Under the pieces are notes generated by a model, which worked only from the letters and a program-made list of their open reading frames with translations, searched no databases and was not told the origin of the DNA. This document shows positions 49,996-54,803 of a DNA stretch of 54,803 nucleotides, one piece after another. The DNA comes from Christensenellales bacterium. Its GTDB lineage: Bacteria > Bacillota > Clostridia > Christensenellales > UBA3700. The stretch is taken from positions 1-54,803 of the forward strand of contig JBJETQ010000031.1 of NCBI GenBank assembly GCA_051883395.1, given 5' to 3'. Made by a program: the position numbers and the translations under genes. Within the stretch, counting starts at the first letter, position 1. Every line of letters starts with the position of its first letter.

Positions 49996-50442
49996 TTAAA
50001 ACAGCCCGATAATATAATAGATAATGCCTACGGCAACAGATACCCCGACGCCCGATACGATTATAGGTCCTGCAACCAAAAACATTTTTGCCATAGTGCC
50101 GAAAATAATTCCTTCTTTTCTGAATTCTATGGCAGGTGAAACGACAGAATTGGCAAAGCCTGTTATAGGAATGATGGTTCCTGCACCTGCATATGCGCCG
50201 AGTTTATCATACCAGCCCAGTCCCGTAAAAAACGAGCCTAAAAAAATCATAGTAATACTCGTGAGCGACGCTACGTCTTTTTCTTCCCATTTTGGAAAGA
50301 GATAGGTATATAAGTCGCTGAACCCCTGCCCTATCATACATATAATCCCGCCTACGACAAAGGCAACCGTCAAAGTCAGCCATTCGTTGCTCTTTTGGGC
50401 GTTGCTGTGTACATACTCCTGATATTGTTTGCTGTCTATCAT
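49996..50442 (-). CDS. spoVAC: Stage V sporulation protein AC
   Basis: AFVVGG.ICMIGQ, YDKLG..AGAG..IPITGFANS. Confidence 0.96.
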   Translation of the reverse strand: MIDSKQYQEYVHSNAQKSNEWLTLTVAFVVGGIICMIGQGFSDLYTYLFPKWEEKDVASLTSITMIFLGSFFTGLGWYDKLGAYAGAGTIIPITGFANSVVSPAIEFRKEGIIFGTMAKMFLVAGPIIVSGVGVSVAVGIIYYIIGLF

Positions 50443-50540
50443 TATTTTCCCTCTCTCTCTCCAGGAACGATTCTCCTGATTTCTACGTCTTCCAAGTTAT
50501 CCCTTGCGATAAGATTTTTTTGCTGCGGAAATTTGTGCAT

Positions 50541-50582
50541 AAAAAAACTCCTACACATATTGTTGCCGTGTAGAAGTCTTTT
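50541..50582 (-). terminator. Terminator of the spoIIA operon
   Basis: ACTTCTACAC...GTGTAGGAGT followed by T7 on the minus strand. Confidence 0.8.
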
Positions 50583-50587
50583 ATTCA

Positions 50588-51304
50588 TCAGCTGAGTGCA
50601 TTTCGCAATTCTTTGATTACTTTACTCTCAATTCTCGATATTTGCACCTGCGATACGCCCAATATTGTCGCAATCTCACTCTGAGTTTTGTCTCTGTAAT
50701 ATCTCAGAACAATTACGTTTCTTTCTCTCTCGGGCAGCGATTTGATGATGTCTTTGAGCATTATTTTGTCCAGCATGTCGTTTTCGCCTTGTCCGTCGGA
50801 TAACTTATCCAGCACACACCCCTTGGAATCATCGTCGAATTTTTCATAAATAGACACAGGATATTTTGAACTGTCGAGCGCAAAGACTGCTTCGTGTACG
50901 TCCACTCCAAAATGCTCGGCAATTTCTTCAATGGTCGGTTGTCTATCGTTTTGCTGACAAAACTCAGATATATAATTCTGCATTTTTGAATTGAGCAATT
51001 TGACCATTCTGCTGACTTTGATTGCTCCGTCGTCTCTTATATACCGCTTTATTTCACCGGCAATCATAGGAACAGCATAGGTGGAAAATCTTACGTTGTA
51101 ACTGCTGTCAAAATTGTTGACAGCCTTGATAAAGCCAAGTGAACCCAGTTGCAACAGGTCGTCGTATTCTATTTGACGGTTTTTGTATCTCTTGGCTACG
51201 CTCTTGACGAGCGGCATATTGTTGACAATAAGCTCTGTCAAAGCCTGTTGATCGCCGCTTTGAGCCTGCTTTATTAGCCTTAGAGTTGTGTCATGGTCGA
51301 GCAT
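50588..51304 (-). CDS. sigF: Forespore sigma factor F
   Basis: FSTYAVPMIAGEIKRYIRDDG.IKVSR, TQSEIA..LGVSQVQISR; third gene of spoIIA. Confidence 0.95.
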   Translation of the reverse strand: MLDHDTTLRLIKQAQSGDQQALTELIVNNMPLVKSVAKRYKNRQIEYDDLLQLGSLGFIKAVNNFDSSYNVRFSTYAVPMIAGEIKRYIRDDGAIKVSRMVKLLNSKMQNYISEFCQQNDRQPTIEEIAEHFGVDVHEAVFALDSSKYPVSIYEKFDDDSKGCVLDKLSDGQGENDMLDKIMLKDIIKSLPERERNVIVLRYYRDKTQSEIATILGVSQVQISRIESKVIKELRNALS

Positions 51305-51729
51305 CACTTCTCCTCTTTTAACGATTTTGTCATCAAAACTTGCGTGCCGCCGCCAAGTTGCGACGTTACCTTGACGCTGTCCATAAAGGTATTCATGAGA
51401 GTAAAGCCCATACCGCTACGCTCTTGCTCCGGACGAGTTGTATAAAACGGTTGCATAGCCTTTTCTACGTCTTCAATACCTTTGCCCCGGTCTTGTATAA
51501 GTATTGACGCAACGTCGTTTTCTAAACAAACTTCTACCGTGATTGTTTGATTTTCGTCCGGTGAATAGGCATGCACGACGCAATTGGTAAAGGCTTCGGA
51601 AACCGCCGTCTTTATTTCGTCAAGTTGTTCTATCGTTGGGTTGAGATGCGCACAGAATGCCGATACCGTACTTCTGACAAAGCCTTCGTTAGATGACAAC
51701 GCAGATATTTGCATACTAAATTTGTTCAT
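51304..51729 (-). CDS. spoIIAB: Anti-sigma F factor / kinase
   Basis: KTAVSEAFTN..HAY, D.G.GIEDVE.AMQP.YT, ERSGMGFT.M. Confidence 0.97.
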   Translation of the reverse strand: MNKFSMQISALSSNEGFVRSTVSAFCAHLNPTIEQLDEIKTAVSEAFTNCVVHAYSPDENQTITVEVCLENDVASILIQDRGKGIEDVEKAMQPFYTTRPEQERSGMGFTLMNTFMDSVKVTSQLGGGTQVLMTKSLKEEK

Positions 51730-51736
51730 AATTACC

Positions 51737-52048
51737 TCACTTTGCTATCTTATTGATGATTGTATAAATTCCTGCGGTATTGAGAATTTTGTCAATATGA
51801 CCGCTTGCGCCCGTGATATGGACGTACATTCCTTTGGCTTTGAGCTTTTTGTATCTGCCAAGTAACACTCCGATTCCTGTGCTGTCCATAAAAGTAACCG
51901 AGCTGAAATCGAATATAAAATTTTTGACCACGGCAAGGTCTATTGCCCAGTCAAGTTTTTTTCTTACTTCTACTGCCGAATATTCGTCCAATTCGCCCGA
52001 CAAACGGGCTATCAGCACGTTGGGCTGATGAATTATCTCTACCTGCAT
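51737..52048 (-). CDS. spoIIAA: Anti-anti-sigma F factor
   Basis: LSGELD, FMDSTGIGVLLGRYK STAS motif. Confidence 0.96.
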   Translation of the reverse strand: MQVEIIHQPNVLIARLSGELDEYSAVEVRKKLDWAIDLAVVKNFIFDFSSVTFMDSTGIGVLLGRYKKLKAKGMYVHITGASGHIDKILNTAGIYTIINKIAK

Positions 52049-52140
52049 ATTCTTCTCCTTGTGATTGATAGATAAATTATATCCCTGACGTGTTGTCGCA
52101 AAAAAAGAAGGTTTGGTATGATATGGCAGATTTTGACAAT

Positions 52141-52165
52141 AAAAAAGCGACGGACATTCCGTCGC
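52141..52165 (-). terminator. Terminator after the NERD gene
   Basis: GCGACGGA-ATG-TCCGTCGC followed by T6 on the minus strand. Confidence 0.75.
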
Positions 52166-52205
52166 ATTGCGTGTTAATAAAAGAATATTAAATATATATC
52201 AAAAT

Positions 52206-52958
52206 TTAGATTTCTTTTGTAAATTTACATTTAGGATAATTCGAACAACCATAAAATTCACCATATTTTCCTTTGCGTACAACTAATTTACCGCCACATC
52301 TTGGACAAATTCCTACTGCAAGTCTATCTTGCATTTTCTTAATATTTTTAATATGTTCACGTTCGCTTAAATTAGAATTTGACTTAATTTGTATAAGATT
52401 GTTGTAATAAACTTTCATCTGCTCATTTGTCAAATGAATATTACTTTGTTGAGTTTTAATATTTACAATGTCAAATTTATTATAAACGTATTTTGAAGTG
52501 ATTTTTGATAGATCAGCATTGCCAATAAACACTACTACATTGTGAAAAATATTCTTTACACCCAATAGTTTAGATAGACAATAAATATGCGTAAAATTTT
52601 GCTTTACAGGATTATAAAATTTAAAATTTTTTTGTCCGTAATCATATACCTGTGTCCATTCTCTTTTATCTTCAGTTCCATAAATAGTACCTGAATAGTT
52701 CTTGGTTTCAATCACCCAAATACCATATTGATTAATGTAAATATGATCTATCTGTCTTGATTTTCCAGATATATCTTTAAATATAAAATTATTGATTACA
52801 TACTGCTTATCTGGTATATTTTTTCCTAAAATATTTGCAATTATTTTTTCACCTTCCTTTCCCTTTTTTTTAGCTCGATAAATAGGCGCTATCATGGCAA
52901 TGATTACAACAGCGACTATAAACAAAACAGTAAATAATATATATAAATAAAAATCCAT
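52206..52958 (-). CDS. NERD-domain nuclease with N-terminal TM and C-terminal topoisomerase-type C4 zinc ribbon
   Basis: KG.EGE, QIDHI...GI.VIETKNYSG, NP.KQN; CPRCGG.LV.R.GKYG.FYGCSNYPKC. Confidence 0.88.
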   Translation of the reverse strand: MDFYLYILFTVLFIVAVVIIAMIAPIYRAKKKGKEGEKIIANILGKNIPDKQYVINNFIFKDISGKSRQIDHIYINQYGIWVIETKNYSGTIYGTEDKREWTQVYDYGQKNFKFYNPVKQNFTHIYCLSKLLGVKNIFHNVVVFIGNADLSKITSKYVYNKFDIVNIKTQQSNIHLTNEQMKVYYNNLIQIKSNSNLSEREHIKNIKKMQDRLAVGICPRCGGKLVVRKGKYGEFYGCSNYPKCKFTKEI

Positions 52959-52965
52959 AATTTGC

Positions 52966-53397
52966 CTAATTATTTAAATATTTTAGCATTTTAACGTGAA
53001 GTACGTGTTCTTCATAATACGTATCGTCGGTAGCTGAATACCCGCATTTTTCATAAAACCCTTGGGAGCGGACTTGCGCCGAAATAAGCAGCACCTTAGC
53101 GCCCCGAGCTATTGCAATACTTTCAAGTTCTTTGACAACATGTGCGCCTAAACCATGCTTGCGGAATTCCTTGACAACAGCAATTCGACCTAGCTTGTAG
53201 ATGTCGCTATCTCGGTCGTACAAAAACACTCTACCGGTAGCTATCGGAAGTTCGTCGTCATACAAAACTATCGTATCTGCCCATTCGTCTATTTCGTCAA
53301 ATTCGTCCTGAAAGCCTTGTTCTATCTCAAATACCTTGTGTCTGATGTATCTGCTGTCATTGCTTGCGCCGACAGTTCTTTTGATAGTGTAGTTCAT
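52966..53397 (-). CDS. GNAT acetyltransferase (YjcF/ElaA-like)
   Basis: IR.KVF..EQG, GRIAV.KEFR.HGLG, SAQ..SQGFYEKCGY; start at MNYTIK. Confidence 0.9.
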   Translation of the reverse strand: MNYTIKRTVGASNDSRYIRHKVFEIEQGFQDEFDEIDEWADTIVLYDDELPIATGRVFLYDRDSDIYKLGRIAVVKEFRKHGLGAHVVKELESIAIARGAKVLLISAQVRSQGFYEKCGYSATDDTYYEEHVLHVKMLKYLNN

Positions 53398-53506
53398 AGG
53401 TTGATTGTAGCATATTTTGGGGAAAGTGTAAATATAAAACGACCGCATATAATAGCAGTCGTAACCGTAATGAACATATATTTTATTTAATAATCTTATA
53501 TTAAAA

Positions 53507-53728
53507 TTACTTTTCTTTGTTAGTAATCCATTTGCCTTCTTTATCGGTAAATTTGCCGCAAAGTATGACAATAAAATCAACTAAAGCACCAATGCCAAGT
53601 ATTCCGCCGGTCAGCAGCCAAACTACGCCCGATCCGGTCTTGCCTACGTAAAAACGATGAACTCCCAAAACTCCTAAAAAGAAACTGAGTAGCATCGTAA
53701 CTAACCAATCTTTATTTGATTTCTCCAT
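53507..53728 (-). CDS. TM2 (NINE) domain small membrane protein
   Basis: [31 protein letters not shown]; RBS AAGGAG. Confidence 0.9.
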   Translation of the reverse strand: MEKSNKDWLVTMLLSFFLGVLGVHRFYVGKTGSGVVWLLTGGILGIGALVDFIVILCGKFTDKEGKWITNKEK

Positions 53729-53768
53729 AATTATTCTCCTTCGTTAAGTTTGTTGTTGCATCATTACG

Positions 53769-53834
53769 ATTGAGTATATTATACCACTCAATATATTGAG
53801 TGTCAAGATATTTATTAAATTTATTGAGTATAAT
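53769..53834. promoter_or_regulatory. Divergent promoter/operator region between TM2 and XRE
   Basis: Minus-strand TTGACA-17 nt-TATAAT (53778-53806) containing perfect palindrome CACTCAATATATTGAGTG; ATTGAGT half-sites at 53769 and 53823. Confidence 0.8.
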
Positions 53835-53840
53835 AGAGCT

Positions 53841-54047
53841 ATGAAAGTATTTGCTGAAAGATTGTTGGAACTGAGAACAATGAAAAAAATCAGTCAGGCA
53901 GCGCTTGCAAAGAGTCTGAACGTAAGTTATGCTGTGATTTGTTATTGGGAAACTGACAGAAGTGAGCCAACAGCACCAAATCTTGTAAAAATTGCCGATT
54001 ATTTTGACGTCAGCGTTGATTACTTGTTGGGAAGAAGCGATTATTAA
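53841..54047 (+). CDS. XRE/Cro-CI family HTH regulator
   Basis: FAERLLELR..KKISQ..LA..LNVS...I.YWE....EP, LVKIADYFDVSVDYLLGR; start at MKVF. Confidence 0.92.
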   Translation: MKVFAERLLELRTMKKISQAALAKSLNVSYAVICYWETDRSEPTAPNLVKIADYFDVSVDYLLGRSDY

Positions 54048-54118
54048 TAAAATAACAAGTATTTCTTTGACACTCATTATAACGCAATTGAAGCGATAAC
54101 TAATTATTGGGCGTACTA

Positions 54119-54152
54119 GAAAAAGGGCGTTGATTTGTATCAACGCCCTTTT
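54119..54152. terminator. Bidirectional terminator
   Basis: AAAAGGGCGTTGAT-TTGT-ATCAACGCCCTTTT. Confidence 0.85.
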
Positions 54153-54184
54153 ATCAAAAATCAATAAAATCATTTCAAATTATT

Positions 54185-54535
54185 TTAGCAACAATCTACA
54201 AGGTTGATTTTGTTGAAAAATATTGTCAACGGCAAAGAATATTCCGAAAGTACACCATCACTTATTTCAGCATCTTTGGAAAATTCTTTGAGTATATCGA
54301 TATAATATTGTTTTTCCTTAGGGGTAATATCGCCGTTGTACGAGATTTCAGCAAAACAGTCAAATTCTGCAATTTCCAATGCCGAACAGACAGTAAAAAC
54401 AACCTTTTTGCCAATTGTCTTGCCAAAATCTTTTAATTTTTGCGTAAGTTCTTCATGATGATCAACGGTCAAATCATTAAATTCGCAGCATTCGATAGCG
54501 TTGCGATATAATTTTATTATTACGATATCTTGCAT
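54185..54535 (-). CDS. Hypothetical protein
   Basis: RBS AAAGGAG before ATG 54535; 116 aa; no recognised motif. Confidence 0.6.
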   Translation of the reverse strand: MQDIVIIKLYRNAIECCEFNDLTVDHHEELTQKLKDFGKTIGKKVVFTVCSALEIAEFDCFAEISYNGDITPKEKQYYIDILKEFSKDAEISDGVLSEYSLPLTIFFNKINLVDCC

Positions 54536-54722
54536 ATAGTCTCCTTTACGTATCCAATACATTAATAGATTTTTATCAAGCTTGATTGACGATTTTATTG
54601 TAACATAACGGAGTGTAAACTTCAAGACTGAGAAAAGTAAAATTTATCGACTGGTTATCAAATAAGAGCACAAAATATATCGTCGTTTAAATTGTATAAA
54701 ACTCAACAAATACATCTTTATA

Positions 54723-54750
54723 AAAAAAACAAGCACTATTCGTGCTTGTT
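54723..54750 (-). terminator. Terminator of tRNA-Tyr
   Basis: AACAAGCAC-GAATA-GTGCTTGTT followed by T-run. Confidence 0.75.
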
Positions 54751-54803
54751 GGTGGGCAGAGATGGATTCGAACCATCGTAGACAGAGTCGGCAGATTTAC
54801 AGT
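54750..54803 (-). tRNA. trnY: tRNA-Tyr (GTA), 5' part outside the window
   Basis: Reverse complement ACTGTAAATCTGC...long variable arm...GGTTCGAATCC...CACCA. Confidence 0.92.

Noticed and set aside
50442-50588. 48-codon minus-strand ORF bridging sigF and spoVAC (possible spoVAA/AB remnant)
   Set aside because: Runs through the sigF terminator hairpin and is not hydrophobic like SpoVAA/AB; better explained as terminator plus spoVA promoter
53712-54173. 153-aa minus-strand ORF
   Set aside because: Antisense to the XRE gene and spans promoter/operator and terminator
1-54803. CRISPR array, IS transposase, rRNA or retroelement
   Set aside because: No regularly spaced repeats, transposase or reverse-transcriptase motifs, or rRNA sequence seen

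Overview
Core-chromosome window from a streamlined, AT-rich, spore-forming Clostridia-class Firmicute. Left arm (1-20.8 kb, almost all + strand): pepP-efp, spoIIIAA-AH, asp23-nusB-folD-xseAB-ispA-dxs-tlyA-nadK-argR-recN-spoIVB, a repeat-rich lipoprotein where spo0A normally sits, tRNA-Trp, proC and rnhA. Right arm (25.3-54.8 kb, almost all - strand): ynbB-miaA-mutL-mutS-miaB, pbp1A, thiI-nifZ, mutS2, a U32/RlhA-like gene, pheTS with a Phe T-box, yunB, spoVAC/D/E, spoIIAA-AB-sigF, and a small accessory islet (NERD nuclease, GNAT, TM2, XRE switch) at tRNA-Tyr. The arms converge on a lone XerS-like tyrosine recombinase preceded by a perfect 11-8-11 inverted repeat, the best candidate for the replication terminus with a single-recombinase dif system. 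Other notable points are a SpoIIIAG lacking its beta-barrel insertion, an RBS-sequestering hairpin at spoIVB, several apparently leaderless genes, and an XRE/TM2 palindromic switch. All calls come from reading motifs by eye; no searches were run.
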